Below are positions 8,861 to 19,452 of a stretch of DNA of 64,000 nt, piece by piece. Numbering within the stretch: position 1 is the stretch's first letter; each line of letters begins with the position of its first letter. The notes beneath the pieces were generated by a model. It was not told the DNA's origin, did no database searches, and saw only the letters and a program-made list of their open reading frames with translations. Where the stretch lies: the NCBI GenBank assembly GCA_040218735.1, contig JAVJQW010000043.1:288001-352000 (forward strand), in the 5' to 3' direction. Source of the stretch: Deltaproteobacteria bacterium. GTDB taxonomy: Bacteria; Myxococcota; Kuafuiibacteriia; Kuafuiibacteriales; Kuafuiibacteriaceae. A program made the position numbers and the translations under genes.

Positions 8861-10735
8861 TCAATGTGACCGCAGGTCGACGGCGTCTACCCCCGGTGGG
8901 GGGGCGAAACCGAACACGCGGGCCAGGAAGTCGTGTTGCGCGTCGAGGCAGCGCCGCTTCGTCGACGCCTGCGTAAACCCGTGACCTTCGCCCGCGAACT
9001 TCTCATACGCACACGCGACACCACGCGCGCGCAGCGCATCGATCATGCGTTCGGACTGATTGGGCGGCACGATGACGTCCTCGTCGCCCTGGAAGAACAA
9101 GATGGGTGCTTGGATCTGACCAACGCGGTGAATCGGCGACCGCCCGCGGTACACCTCGAGGTGCGTATCGAGCGGCCCGATCAAACGGTCCATGTACCTC
9201 GCCTCGAATTTGTGCGTCTCCGCCGCGAGAAGCTCGAGGTCACTCACGCCGTAGTAACTCACGCCCGCGCGGAACACGTCGTGGAACGCGAGCGCGGCGA
9301 GCACCGTGAGGCCCCCCGCGCTGCCGCCGATGATCGCCATGCGATCGCCGTCCACGTAGCCGACGGTCGCGAGGTGCCTCGCCGCGTTGACGCAGTCCTC
9401 GACGTCGAAGTCGCCCCAACCACCGTCGAGCGCGCGTCGGAACGCGGTGCCGTAGCCGGTGCTCCCGCGGTAGTCGACCTTCGCGACCGCGAAGCCGCGG
9501 CTCGTCCAGTACTGCACGCCCGACAGATCCAACCGGGTGCCCGCGGACGACGTCGGGCCGCCGTGGCCGAGCACGATCAGCGGCGGACGCTCGTCGTCGG
9601 GCGCGACGACGTCGCGGTTTGCGGGCGGGTAGAAGAAGACAAACGAAGAACCGCCCCCGGACTCGTACTCGATGAGCTCGGGGGTCGACAGGTAACCGGC
9701 GTCGAGGTCGAGGCGTTGACCTTCGCGCAGCACCTTCACGCCGTCGGTCACGTCGACGATCGCGCTCGGCCGGTCGGGCGCACCGGCGGAGATCACGCAG
9801 CGCCGATCACTCGCCGCGACGGAGAAGATCTCGGAGTACGGTAGGTCCACCTCGTCCGCGCCGATGTGTGTGAGGCGCCACGTCCCGCGACGGCAGTAGG
9901 CCGCGAGGATCGTGCCGTCGGCGAGGTGCGCGTGGCAGCGGCCTCCGAACACCCACGCGGGGCGGGTGAGCTCGGCGTCGCTCGGGCCGATGCGTTCGTC
10001 GCCCCGGTACAGGTTCCAGAAGCCGGTCGCATCGCTGACGTAGTGCAGCGTCCCGTCGTGCGCCCAGCTCGGGTCGGCGTAGCTGACGTCGGGTGCGGTG
10101 CCGACGTCCTGGGTCGCGCCGCTCTCGAGATCGAGCACGTACAGCGACGTTGCGTCCCACGGCATGTTCGGGTGGTCCCAGGCGACGTACGCGAGCTTCG
10201 TCCCGTCGCGTGAGAGCGCGAGCCCTCCGAAGAAGTCGCGGCCCTCGACGAGGACCTCGGGCTCGGACGGCGCAGCGGCGTCGAACGCGACGATCGACGC
10301 GGGCGGCTCGCCCTCGGCGCGGTGGTCTTCACACACCGCGAAGACCCGCCCGTTCGCGAGCTGCAGATCCGCGTAGCGCCGCCCGTCGTCCGGCGTGAGC
10401 GCGACCGGTTCTTCACCGTCCGCGACGCGATACACGCGGCCGTCCGCGAAGTTCGAGAAGTACAACGTGCCGGCTGCCGCGCAGAACGCGCCGCCCCCGT
10501 AGGTGTGGACGCGGGTCCGCGCGTCGAAGGGCGCGGGCACGACGGACGCGCGATCGTCGCCACGCAACCGAACGATCGTCGAGCGCCCCTTCTCTTCGGC
10601 GCGCTTCTCCTCCCAGTAGACGTCGTCGCCGTCGACGACGACCTTCGGGAGTCGATCGAACGCCGCGTCGGCGAGGATGAGATCGGCCGTGATGGGTGAC
10701 GACCAGGTGCCGTAGGGGAGGACGGACTTCGACAA
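8861..10735 (-). CDS. S9 family peptidase (acylaminoacyl/dipeptidyl peptidase-like)
   Basis: PYGTWSSPIT N-terminus, WDHPNMPWD, HGGPT, DYRGSTGYG, GGSAGG, FQGDED, GEGHGF; start estimated at TTG 10735. Confidence 0.9.
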   Translation of the reverse strand: MSKSVLPYGTWSSPITADLILADAAFDRLPKVVVDGDDVYWEEKRAEEKGRSTIVRLRGDDRASVVPAPFDARTRVHTYGGGAFCAAAGTLYFSNFADGRVYRVADGEEPVALTPDDGRRYADLQLANGRVFAVCEDHRAEGEPPASIVAFDAAAPSEPEVLVEGRDFFGGLALSRDGTKLAYVAWDHPNMPWDATSLYVLDLESGATQDVGTAPDVSYADPSWAHDGTLHYVSDATGFWNLYRGDERIGPSDAELTRPAWVFGGRCHAHLADGTILAAYCRRGTWRLTHIGADEVDLPYSEIFSVAASDRRCVISAGAPDRPSAIVDVTDGVKVLREGQRLDLDAGYLSTPELIEYESGGGSSFVFFYPPANRDVVAPDDERPPLIVLGHGGPTSSAGTRLDLSGVQYWTSRGFAVAKVDYRGSTGYGTAFRRALDGGWGDFDVEDCVNAARHLATVGYVDGDRMAIIGGSAGGLTVLAALAFHDVFRAGVSYYGVSDLELLAAETHKFEARYMDRLIGPLDTHLEVYRGRSPIHRVGQIQAPILFFQGDEDVIVPPNQSERMIDALRARGVACAYEKFAGEGHGFTQASTKRRCLDAQHDFLARVFGFAPPPGVDAVDLRSH

Positions 10736-10790
10736 ACCGCTGCGCCATGTAACGAGCCCGGCCGCGTACGGCAATGCGAAGGGCAACGAG

Positions 10791-11372
10791 TCAGGTCTGC
10801 GGTGCGAAGAGGTCCGTATGTTCGAGCAGCGCCGACAGGGTTTCGAGTGCGTCGTCCACCGGAAGGATCGCTTCCGCGGCGAGACGCGGACGGAGCTCGC
10901 GGACCGTCGCGGCGAGCGCGTGGAAAGACTCGGCGAGCACCTCGAGATCCTCGGGGCGGGCGAAGGCGAGGACATCGTCCGACACCGCCTTGTCGAAGTC
11001 CTCCGCGGTCTTCGCCATTCGCGCGCGTAGGCGCTTGCTCGCGTCGAAGGCCTGACCGTCTTCGAGGTCCTCGATCCGATCCGCGAACGAACGAAGCGCT
11101 CCCCGCGCGCCGTCGAGGGCCATCCGGCTCCCGGCGAGCTGCGCCTGCGCGACGGACCGCGTCACACCCTTCAGCCCGGGACGGAGCGCGCCGAGCCCGA
11201 GCTGTCGACGCAGCCGTCCGAGTGCGTCGAGATCGAGGTCTTCGGGGAGGTCGCCCTGGGCGCGATGTCTCTCCACCGCACCCGACTCGCCGGTCTCGAT
11301 GCCGAGGCGGCGGACGTGTGCGTCGATCGCCCGCTGCTCCAGCGGGTTCTTGCCGACGCCGAGAGTCGCCAT
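10791..11372 (-). CDS. Hypothetical helical protein
   Basis: Fills gap between co-oriented genes; plausible composition; TAGACT hexamer 6 nt before ATG. Confidence 0.6.
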   Translation of the reverse strand: MATLGVGKNPLEQRAIDAHVRRLGIETGESGAVERHRAQGDLPEDLDLDALGRLRRQLGLGALRPGLKGVTRSVAQAQLAGSRMALDGARGALRSFADRIEDLEDGQAFDASKRLRARMAKTAEDFDKAVSDDVLAFARPEDLEVLAESFHALAATVRELRPRLAAEAILPVDDALETLSALLEHTDLFAPQT

Positions 11373-11439
11373 CGATTCAGTCTACGTCCAACGGGCCGTC
11401 ATCGACCGCGCGGCGCGCGTCCGCTTGGGGACAAACGTG

Positions 11440-12213
11440 TCAGGCCAGCGCGTCGACGACGGCGTCGAACGTCTCCTGCGGGCGCTCGGCGTGGAGGAAG
11501 TGGCCGGCGTCGATCGACTTCACGTCGACGCCGTGTTGCGCGAAGCGGTCGACGTCCTTGTCGTTCACGTACGGCGAGCGGCGTCCGCGGATCACCCGGA
11601 CGTCGGCGCCGCCCTCGACGACCGGCCACAGGTCGAGGTGGCCCGAGCGGTGGTGGGCTTCGACGAGCGCGTCGCGATCGATGCGCCACGTGAAGCGACC
11701 GTCGTCGGTGCGCACGAGGTTCATCATCAACCAGCTCACGATGCCGCGATCGAGGCCGGCTTCGACGAGCGGCTTCTCGAACGTCGCGCGGTCCGGGCCC
11801 TCGGCCGGGAGCGCGGCGAGCTGCTCGGCGATACCGCCCGCGGGGAAGTGGGCCGTCGGGCCGGGCGCGATGTCGAGGAGGACGATCCGCTCGATGCGCT
11901 CGGGCGCGCGCGACTTCGCGGCGAGGGCGACGCGACCGCCGAGCGAGTGACCGACGATCGAGGCCTTCGTGATGTGGAGGTCGGTCATCAGGCGGAGGAC
12001 CGCGTCCGCCATCGTGTAGAGGTCGGCGTCCGTGGGGAGCGGCGGTGAGTCGCCGTGCCCGAGCTGATCCGGGAGCACGACCCTCAGCAGATCGTCGTGG
12101 GTGATGAGCCGACGGGCGAGCGTCGCGAGGTTGCGCCCGGAGCCGAGGAAGCCGTGCAGCACGACCAGCGGGTGGGTGCCGTGACCGACGATGTCGTGGG
12201 CGAGCACGGCCAT
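11440..12213 (-). CDS. Alpha/beta-hydrolase (YbfF-like esterase/thioesterase)
   Basis: HGFLGSGRN, GHGDSP, GHSLGG, LLDIAP, AGHFLHAE; ATG at 12213. Confidence 0.85.
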   Translation of the reverse strand: MAVLAHDIVGHGTHPLVVLHGFLGSGRNLATLARRLITHDDLLRVVLPDQLGHGDSPPLPTDADLYTMADAVLRLMTDLHITKASIVGHSLGGRVALAAKSRAPERIERIVLLDIAPGPTAHFPAGGIAEQLAALPAEGPDRATFEKPLVEAGLDRGIVSWLMMNLVRTDDGRFTWRIDRDALVEAHHRSGHLDLWPVVEGGADVRVIRGRRSPYVNDKDVDRFAQHGVDVKSIDAGHFLHAERPQETFDAVVDALA

Positions 12214-12359
12214 CGAGGTCCGACGTCCGCTGCGTCGCGTCAAGGTCGGGGGTGCTGCGTACAAGTGACTCGGCGGTCGCTTATCCGTCCTTTCCACCCC
12301 TGACCTTCACTCAAGTTTTGCTCCCGGATTCGAGGCCACCGTGGTACGGCCCACGGTCG

Positions 12360-13607
12360 ATGGTCACGCCGGATCAGCTCCCCCGCATCGTCATCACGGG
12401 CGTGGGTTTGACGGCACCGAACGGCAACGACCTGGAGTCCTTCCGCGCCGCGCTCCTGGAGCGTCGGTCAGGGGTCGTCCCGTTCGAGACGCGCCACATG
12501 GGCGCGGTGATCGCGGGGATCTGCGACTACGACGAGCGGAAGCACCAGTCGCGGAAAGCCCGCCGTCGCGGGACGCGTGCGGGGTCGATCGGGATCTACT
12601 GCGCGAACGAGGCGGTGCAGCGTTCGGGGCTCGACTGGGAGGGCTTCGACAAGTCCCGGGTCGGCGTCTACGTGGGCACGACCGAGCACGGCAACGTCGA
12701 GACGGAGAACGAGATCGCGAACATCCGCGAGTTCGACGACGACGTGAAGTACTGGTCGCACCACCACAACCCGCGGACCGTTGCGAACAACCCCGCGGGC
12801 GAGATCACGATCAGTATGGGGATCACCGGGCCGCACTACTGCCTCGGCGCCGCGTGCGCGGCGGGCAACGTCGGTCTCATCCAGGGCATGCAGATGCTCC
12901 AGCTCGGGATGGTCGACCTCGCGATCGCGGGCGGCGTCTCCGAGTCGGTCCACACGTTCGGGATCTTCGCGAGCTTCAAGGCCGAGGGGGCCCTCGGTTC
13001 CCACGACGATCCGACGAAGGCGTCGCGCCCGTTCGACAAGAACCGCAACGGCATCGTCGTGAGCGAGGGCGGGGCGTTGTACACGCTCGAGCGCCTCGAC
13101 GACGCGCTCGCGCGCAAGGCCCCGATCCTCGGCGAGGTGGTGGGTTACGCGATCAACTCGGACGCCAAGGACTTCGTCCTCCCGGACTCCGAGCGGCAGT
13201 CGCAGTGCATGGCGGCCGCGCTGAAGCAGGCGCGGCTCGAGCCGGACGTCATCGACATCGTGAACACCCACGCGACGTCGACGCCGCAGGGCGACGTGCA
13301 GGAGTGCCAGGCCGTGCACACCGTGTTCGGCGGGCGCCCCGGCGTCTTCGTGAACAACACCAAGAGCTACATCGGGCACACGATGGGGGCGGCGGGTGCG
13401 TTGGAGCTCGCGGGCAATCTGCCGGCGTTCACCGACCGGCTCGTGCACCCGACGATCAACGTCGACGATCTCGACCCCGACTGTGCGCTCAACAACCTGG
13501 TGACCGGCGACCCGGTCGAGCTGGAAGAGGTGAACTACATCTTCAACAGCTCGTTCGGGATGCTCGGCATCAACTCGTGCGTCATCGTGAAGCGATGGGC
13601 CGACTGA
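12360..13607 (+). CDS. fabF: Beta-ketoacyl-ACP synthase (FabF/FabB family)
   Basis: RIVITGVG, AACAAG (Cys), SRPFD, HATST, GHTMGAAG (C-H-H triad); atypical SFGMLGINS tail. Confidence 0.9.
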   Translation: MVTPDQLPRIVITGVGLTAPNGNDLESFRAALLERRSGVVPFETRHMGAVIAGICDYDERKHQSRKARRRGTRAGSIGIYCANEAVQRSGLDWEGFDKSRVGVYVGTTEHGNVETENEIANIREFDDDVKYWSHHHNPRTVANNPAGEITISMGITGPHYCLGAACAAGNVGLIQGMQMLQLGMVDLAIAGGVSESVHTFGIFASFKAEGALGSHDDPTKASRPFDKNRNGIVVSEGGALYTLERLDDALARKAPILGEVVGYAINSDAKDFVLPDSERQSQCMAAALKQARLEPDVIDIVNTHATSTPQGDVQECQAVHTVFGGRPGVFVNNTKSYIGHTMGAAGALELAGNLPAFTDRLVHPTINVDDLDPDCALNNLVTGDPVELEEVNYIFNSSFGMLGINSCVIVKRWAD

Positions 13608-13632
13608 AACTTTCAGCGAGAAGAGGCGGACT

Positions 13633-13905
13633 GTGACGAACAACGAAGTGCGACAGCTGATCCTGGACATCATCCACGACATCGCGCCCGACGAGGATCT
13701 CTCGGACGTGAAGCCGGACGTGCGCCTGCGCGACCAGCTCGATCTGGATTCGATGGACTTCCTCGACATCGTGATGGAGCTGCGCAAGCGCCACCAGATC
13801 GAGGTCCCGGAAGAGGACTACATGGAGCTGTCGACCCTCGACGGCTGTGTGAACTACCTGTCGCCGAAGTTCGCCGAGAAGGCCGGGGCCGAGCAGCGCG
13901 CCTGA
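13633..13905 (+). CDS. Acyl carrier protein
   Basis: Small acidic protein, LDLDSMDFLDI phosphopantetheine Ser motif; GAGG RBS. Confidence 0.92.
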   Translation: MTNNEVRQLILDIIHDIAPDEDLSDVKPDVRLRDQLDLDSMDFLDIVMELRKRHQIEVPEEDYMELSTLDGCVNYLSPKFAEKAGAEQRA

Positions 13906-13940
13906 GCCTCCGTCACGTCCGCCGCGCGGACGTTCGAGCC

Positions 13941-15338
13941 ATGGAACACTTCGACGTCGTGATCGTCGGGGCCGGCATGTCCGGCCTCGCAGCGGGGGTG
14001 CGTATCGCGCACTTCGGCAAGCGTGTGCTCATCCTCGAGAAACACACGCTGTGGGGTGGGCTGAACTCCTTCTACAAGAAGGGCGGCCACCACTTCGACG
14101 TCGGCCTGCACGCGGTCACGAACTGGCTGCGCCCCGGGTACAAGGGGCCGCGCCTGCCGCTGCAGCGGATCTACCGGCAGCTGCGGATCAAACCCGACGA
14201 ATTCGAGCTCGAGCCGCAGACGCGATCGTCGGTGGTCTTCGACGACGCGCGGCTTGTGTTCGCGAACGACATCGACGCGCTGACCGAAGAGGTGCGGCGG
14301 GTGTTCCCGTCGCAGGTCGACGGCTTCGTGCGTCTGTCGGAGCGCTGCCTGCACTACCCGGAGGCAAACGAAGCGACGCCCTTCGTCTCCGCGCGCAAGA
14401 TGCTCACCGAGTACCTGTCGGAGCCGCTCCTGATCGAGATGCTGCTGTGCCCGCTCTTCTTCTACGGGAGCGCGGCCGAGGACGACGTCGACTTCGAGCA
14501 GTTCATCATCCTCTTCAACAGCATCTACCGCGAAGGGTTCTGTCGCCCGCGGCGCGGCGTGAAGCAGATCCTCGACGTGCTCGTGAAGCGTTACGAGGAG
14601 CTCGGCGGCGAGATGCGTCGCAAGTGCGCGGTCGAGTCGATCGAGGTCGAAGGCGGGCGCGTGAAAGCGCTCCACACCGCGAAGGGCACGGTCACCGCGG
14701 ACGTCGTGCTCTCGAGCGCGGGCCTCGTCGAGACGCAGGCGCTGCGCTCCGACGTCGAAGCGCCCGAGGTCGACAAGGCCGGGCGCCTCGCGTTCACCGA
14801 GACGCTGTGGGTGCTCGACCAGGACCCGAAGAAGCTCGGCTTCGACGACTGCGTCACGTTCTTCAACGAGGGGCCGAAGTTCGCGTGGCGGCGGCCCGAC
14901 GTCCCCGTGGACCTGCGCTCCGGCGTCATCTGCGTGCCGAGCAACTACGACCACGAGGAGCCGCTCGAGCGGCACCTGCTCCGCGCGACGCACCTCGCGG
15001 ACCACCGCTACTGGATGGCGCTCGCCGAAGACCGCGAGAAGTACGACGCCGAGAAGAAGGTGTGGACGGAACGTTCCATTGAAACGATCGGGCGCTACGG
15101 CGCGCCGTTCGCGGAGCACATCCGATACACGGACGGGTTCACGCCGCGCACCGTGAAACACTTCACGAGCCACGTACACGGCGCGGTCTACGGCTCGCCG
15201 CACAAACAGAAGACGGGCCGCACGGACGTCGACAACCTCTTCCTGATGGGCACCGACCAGGGCTTCGTGGGGATCGTGGGGGCGATGCTCTCCGGCGTCG
15301 CGATGGCCAACGCACACGTGCTCGCGGGGGGCGCGTGA
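13941..15338 (+). CDS. FAD-dependent oxidoreductase, phytoene desaturase (CrtI)-like family, copy 1
   Basis: [11 protein letters not shown] Rossmann fold, [32 protein letters not shown]. Confidence 0.85.
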   Translation: MEHFDVVIVGAGMSGLAAGVRIAHFGKRVLILEKHTLWGGLNSFYKKGGHHFDVGLHAVTNWLRPGYKGPRLPLQRIYRQLRIKPDEFELEPQTRSSVVFDDARLVFANDIDALTEEVRRVFPSQVDGFVRLSERCLHYPEANEATPFVSARKMLTEYLSEPLLIEMLLCPLFFYGSAAEDDVDFEQFIILFNSIYREGFCRPRRGVKQILDVLVKRYEELGGEMRRKCAVESIEVEGGRVKALHTAKGTVTADVVLSSAGLVETQALRSDVEAPEVDKAGRLAFTETLWVLDQDPKKLGFDDCVTFFNEGPKFAWRRPDVPVDLRSGVICVPSNYDHEEPLERHLLRATHLADHRYWMALAEDREKYDAEKKVWTERSIETIGRYGAPFAEHIRYTDGFTPRTVKHFTSHVHGAVYGSPHKQKTGRTDVDNLFLMGTDQGFVGIVGAMLSGVAMANAHVLAGGA

Positions 15339-16849
15339 TGTCCGGTCTGCTCGCGCCGCCGGCGGTGACCAGCCCGTCGGTGATGAAGGAGCGGCGGCCG
15401 AAGCTGCTGACGAAGAAGCGCCTGGAGGGCCTGCGCGATCGCTACGACCTGGTCGTGATCGGCTCGGGGCTCGCAGGGCTCACCGCGGCGAACGTGCTGG
15501 GGCGCAACGGCTTCTCGGTGCTGCTGCTCGAGCAGCACTACAACTTCGGCGGGATGGCGACCTGGTTCAAACGGCAGAACGGGCACATCTTCGACATCTC
15601 GCTGCACGGCTTCCCGATCGGGATGAAGAAGACGTGTCGGAAGTATTGGACGCGGGACATCGCGGACTCGATCGTCCAGCTCCGGAGCGTTCGCTTCGAC
15701 AACCCGCAGTTTTCGCTCGAGACCACGTTCGACAAGGCGGACTTCACGCGGCTGCTCGTGGAGAAGTTCGGCATCGAGCGCGAGGTGGTGGACCAATTCT
15801 TCGAGACGGTCCGCAACATGAACTTCTACGACGACCAGTCGATGACCACGCGGGAGCTGTTCGAGCGCTTCTTCCCGGGGCGGTCGGACGTCGTGCGTCT
15901 GTTGATGGAGCCGATCGCCTACGCGAACGGCTCCACGCTCGACGACCCGGCGATCACGTACGGGATCGTGTTCAGCAACTTCATGAGCAAGGGCGTCTAC
16001 ACCTTCCAGGGCGGGACGGATCAGCTCATCAAGGCGATGAAGGCCGAGCTCACGGAGAACGGCGTCGACATCCGCAACTACGCGCAGGTCGAGCAGGTCC
16101 TCGTGGAGGACGGGCGCACCGTCGGCGTCGTCGTGAACGGCGTGCGCGTGCCCGCGACGGCGGTGCTGTCGAACGCCAACGTGAAGAGCACGATCACGAA
16201 GCTCGTCGGCGAGGAGCACTTCGACGGCGCCTTCGTCGAAGACGCGAAGGGCGTGCGCATGAACTCCTCGTCCACGCAGGTCTACATGGGCGTGCGGAAG
16301 GGCGAGACGCTCGAGGACATCGGCGAGCTGTTCTTCACGAGCTCCGCGCCCGAGTTCGACTCCGACGCGCTCACCGCGCTCGACTGCACGAGCCGGACGT
16401 TTTCGTTCTACTACCCGGACATCCGCCCGGGCTCCGATCGTTACGCGGTGGTCGCGTCGATCAACTCGAACTACCGCGACTGGGTCGACATGGATGAACC
16501 CACGTACCTCCACTACAAGGAGAAGTACGCGCGCGAGGCGGTGGAGGTGCTCGACGGCTACTTGCCGGGGGTCACCGCGAAGATCGATCACGTGGAAGTC
16601 GCGACGCCGCGCACCTTCGAGTTCTTCACGCAGCACGATCAGGCGACGTCGTTCGGCACCAAGTTCGAGGGGCTGAAGGTGAGCCAGGAGCTCCCGAAGC
16701 AGCTGCCCGGGCTGTTCCACGCCGGGAGCGTCGGCATCATCATGAGCGGCTGGTTGGGCGCGGCGAACTACGGGGTCATCGTCGCCAACGAAGTCGACAA
16801 GTACCTGCGCGCGAACGCCGCGGGGGAGGAGGCATCGGCGCATGGCTGA
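15335..16849 (+). CDS. FAD-dependent oxidoreductase, phytoene desaturase (CrtI)-like family, copy 2
   Basis: [41 protein letters not shown]; GTGA overlap with upstream gene. Confidence 0.85.
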   Translation: MMSGLLAPPAVTSPSVMKERRPKLLTKKRLEGLRDRYDLVVIGSGLAGLTAANVLGRNGFSVLLLEQHYNFGGMATWFKRQNGHIFDISLHGFPIGMKKTCRKYWTRDIADSIVQLRSVRFDNPQFSLETTFDKADFTRLLVEKFGIEREVVDQFFETVRNMNFYDDQSMTTRELFERFFPGRSDVVRLLMEPIAYANGSTLDDPAITYGIVFSNFMSKGVYTFQGGTDQLIKAMKAELTENGVDIRNYAQVEQVLVEDGRTVGVVVNGVRVPATAVLSNANVKSTITKLVGEEHFDGAFVEDAKGVRMNSSSTQVYMGVRKGETLEDIGELFFTSSAPEFDSDALTALDCTSRTFSFYYPDIRPGSDRYAVVASINSNYRDWVDMDEPTYLHYKEKYAREAVEVLDGYLPGVTAKIDHVEVATPRTFEFFTQHDQATSFGTKFEGLKVSQELPKQLPGLFHAGSVGIIMSGWLGAANYGVIVANEVDKYLRANAAGEEASAHG

Positions 16850-17567
16850 TTTCTCGAACCAAACCGTCGTGGTCACCGGCGGGACGCGCGGCATCGGGCG
16901 CGCGATCACCGAGGCCTTCCTCGGCGCCGGCGCCGAGGTGTTTGCGCTGTACGCGGGCAACGACGAAGCCGCGAACGCGTTCGTCGCCTCGACCGGGAAC
17001 GACAAGCTCCACGTCGCCAAGGTCGACGTCTCCGACTACAACGCGGTCGAGGCGTTCTTCGGCGGGCTCGAGTCGCCGCCGCAGGTCGTCGTGAACAACG
17101 CGGGCATCCGGCGCGATCAGATCGTGGGGATGATGCCCGCGGAGGACTGGCGGCGCGTCATCCAGGTGAACCTGGACGGCACCTTCCACGTGTCGAAGTT
17201 TGCCGTCATGGCGATGTCGCGCCAGCGCTACGGGCGCATCGTGAACATCGTATCGCCGAGCGGCCACCTCGGGTTCGCGGGGCAGGCGAGCTACGCGGCG
17301 TCGAAGGCCGGGCAGGTCGGGATGGCGCGCTCACTCGCGAAGGAAGTCGCGAAACGGAAGATCACCGTGAACTGCGTGTCGCCGGGTTTCGTCGACACCG
17401 AGCTCCTCGCGGATCTGTCGGAGGAGCAAAAGCAGGCGTACCGCGACATGGTGCCGATGAAACGTTTCGGCACGGGGGAAGAGATCGCGGCCGCGGTGCT
17501 GTTCCTCGCGTCGAAGGAGGCCAGCTACATCAGCGGTGCCACGCTGGAAGTGACGGGAGGGCTGTGA
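16842..17567 (+). CDS. fabG: 3-oxoacyl-ACP reductase (SDR)
   Basis: [26 protein letters not shown]. Confidence 0.9.
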   Translation: MADFSNQTVVVTGGTRGIGRAITEAFLGAGAEVFALYAGNDEAANAFVASTGNDKLHVAKVDVSDYNAVEAFFGGLESPPQVVVNNAGIRRDQIVGMMPAEDWRRVIQVNLDGTFHVSKFAVMAMSRQRYGRIVNIVSPSGHLGFAGQASYAASKAGQVGMARSLAKEVAKRKITVNCVSPGFVDTELLADLSEEQKQAYRDMVPMKRFGTGEEIAAAVLFLASKEASYISGATLEVTGGL

Positions 17568-17568
17568 A

Positions 17569-17997
17569 GTGAAACCGGTCAAGGAAGTACTGCCGCACCG
17601 CGAGCCGTTCCTGTTCGTGGACGAGGTCGTCGAGCTCACGGAGACGAACATCATCGCGCGCCGCGAAGTGCGCGCGGACGAGCCGCACTTCGCGGGACAC
17701 TACCCGGGCAAGCCGATCATGCCGGGGGTGCTCCTCTGCGAGACGCTCCTGCAGGCGGGCGCGTACATGGTCGCGACGAGGCTCGGCCTCGGCGCGGACA
17801 TGGAGGGCGCGCCGGTCGTCACGCGCATGAACAAGGTGAAGTTCAAGCGCATGGTGAAGCCGGGCGACATGCTCGAGATCCACGCGGAGCACGTGCGCTC
17901 GATGATGGGCGCGCACATGATGACCGGGAAGATCCTCTGCGAAGGCAAGGTGGCTTGCTCGCTGGAGTTCACGGTCATGCTGGTGGACGAGGCCTGA
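17569..17997 (+). CDS. fabZ: 3-hydroxyacyl-ACP dehydratase (FabZ type)
   Basis: LPHREPFLFVD, FAGHYPGKPIMPGVLLCE (His/Glu dyad), KFKRMVKPGD. Confidence 0.9.
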   Translation: MKPVKEVLPHREPFLFVDEVVELTETNIIARREVRADEPHFAGHYPGKPIMPGVLLCETLLQAGAYMVATRLGLGADMEGAPVVTRMNKVKFKRMVKPGDMLEIHAEHVRSMMGAHMMTGKILCEGKVACSLEFTVMLVDEA

Positions 17998-18001
17998 ACC
18001 G

Positions 18002-18814
18002 GTGTCGTTCCTCCGGCTCGATGGTCAGACGTTCGTCGTCTTCGGCGTCTCGAACAAGAAGAGCGTCGGCTTTCACGTGGGCAAGGTCCTGCGGGAAGAG
18101 GGCGCGAAGGTCGTGTACGTCGTGCACACGGAGGCGCGGAGAGACCAGCTCACCGCGAAGCTCGATGCGCCGATCTACGTCGCGGACGTCGAGGACGAAG
18201 CCGCGCTCGCGAAGACCTGCGAAACCATCGGCACGGAGCACGGACCGCTCGCGGGCTTCGTGCACTCCATCGCGTTTGCGAACTACTCCGAAGGCTTCAA
18301 GCCGTTCCACGAGACGAACCGCCAAGACTTCATGCAGGCGGTGCAGATCTCCTGTCACTCGCTCGTGGAGATGGCGCGCCACCTCGCGCCGCACATGCGT
18401 GACGACGCTTCCGTGGTGACGATCTCGATCTCCACCACGCGCATGGCCGCCGAGAACTACGGCTACATGGCGCCCGTGAAGGCGGCGCTCGACTCCACGG
18501 TGGTGTTCCTCGCCAAGAGCTTCTCCGGCGAAGGGACGAAGAACATTCGATTCAACTCGGTCAGCCCGGGGCTCCTCAAGACGAGCTCCTCGGCTGGCAT
18601 CCCCGGCTACGTGAACAGCTACTTGTTCGCGGAGCGCGCGACGTTACGCAAGAAGGCCTTGGCGACGGGGGAAGTCGCCGACACGGTCGCGTTTTTGTTG
18701 TCGCCGCGCTCGGCCGGGATCAACGCCCAGCAGATCGTCATCGATGCGGGCATGAGCACGAACTACTTCGACAAGACGATCGTCGACAGTGCACTCAAAG
18801 GGGGAAGTCTATGA
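18002..18814 (+). CDS. fabI: Enoyl-ACP reductase (FabI-like)
   Basis: GVSNKKSVG, VHSIAFA, NYGYMAPVKAAL (Yx6K), IDAG. Confidence 0.85.
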   Translation: MSFLRLDGQTFVVFGVSNKKSVGFHVGKVLREEGAKVVYVVHTEARRDQLTAKLDAPIYVADVEDEAALAKTCETIGTEHGPLAGFVHSIAFANYSEGFKPFHETNRQDFMQAVQISCHSLVEMARHLAPHMRDDASVVTISISTTRMAAENYGYMAPVKAALDSTVVFLAKSFSGEGTKNIRFNSVSPGLLKTSSSAGIPGYVNSYLFAERATLRKKALATGEVADTVAFLLSPRSAGINAQQIVIDAGMSTNYFDKTIVDSALKGGSL

Positions 18815-19443
18815 TTCGGCCACACGTGGTTTCGGTGCCCGTCGCTGCGCAGGGGATGCGCGGCGAGGAGCGGGTCCAGGACCTGTCGCTGCGCGCCAAG
18901 GACGCGGCGGCGATGAGCGCGATGGCGAGCGGTCACGCGGTGCCCGCGTTCGAGAAGGACGACCTCGATCGCCCGGTGCCGACGAACGGCGTCTACTGGG
19001 GCGTCGCGCACAAACCGACGATGGTCGTGGGCGTGACTTCGCATCGCCCCGTCGCGGTGGACGTCGAGTTCATCAAGGAGCGCAAGGACTACCAGATCGC
19101 CGGCGCGCTCTCGACGCACGAGCATCGGATCCTCGGTGGCAGCGCGCTCGACGCCTACTTCCTCGCGTGGGTCGCGAAGGAGGCGGTGCTCAAGCTGAAG
19201 GGCGTGGGGCTCTCGCACCTGTCGCGCACCGCGATCATCGACGCCTGGTCGGACGGCGCGCTCGTCGCTTACGACACCGAGGTGCAGCAGGTCGGCTACG
19301 CCTTCTTCAATCAGCACGTCGCGGCGATCACCGCGCCGAGCCGCGAAGTGGTGTGGACGCTCACGGCCGAAGAAGACGGCGTCGACGTGATGAGCCCGGC
19401 GCAGCGTGTGCTCACGCTGCAGGGCGACGTCTCGCTGTCCTAG
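18811..19443 (+). CDS. 4'-phosphopantetheinyl transferase (Sfp-like)
   Basis: AVDVE and WVAKEAVLKLKGVG motifs; ATGA overlap with fabI. Confidence 0.75.
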   Translation: MIRPHVVSVPVAAQGMRGEERVQDLSLRAKDAAAMSAMASGHAVPAFEKDDLDRPVPTNGVYWGVAHKPTMVVGVTSHRPVAVDVEFIKERKDYQIAGALSTHEHRILGGSALDAYFLAWVAKEAVLKLKGVGLSHLSRTAIIDAWSDGALVAYDTEVQQVGYAFFNQHVAAITAPSREVVWTLTAEEDGVDVMSPAQRVLTLQGDVSLS

Positions 19444-19452
19444 AGGCGCACC

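Noticed and set aside
8844-8864. GG-N10-GC (CGGCAAGTCGGCTGCG) upstream of the DUF3015 gene
   Set aside because: Weak match overlapping an equally plausible TTGACG -35 element; cannot be assigned
13941-16849. Carotenoid biosynthesis cluster
   Set aside because: No phytoene synthase, GGPP synthase or cyclase; context is entirely FAS/ole
12360-19443. Ladderane or aryl-polyene cluster
   Set aside because: No radical-SAM genes, no second KS/chain-length factor, no linked transport or glycosyltransferase genes
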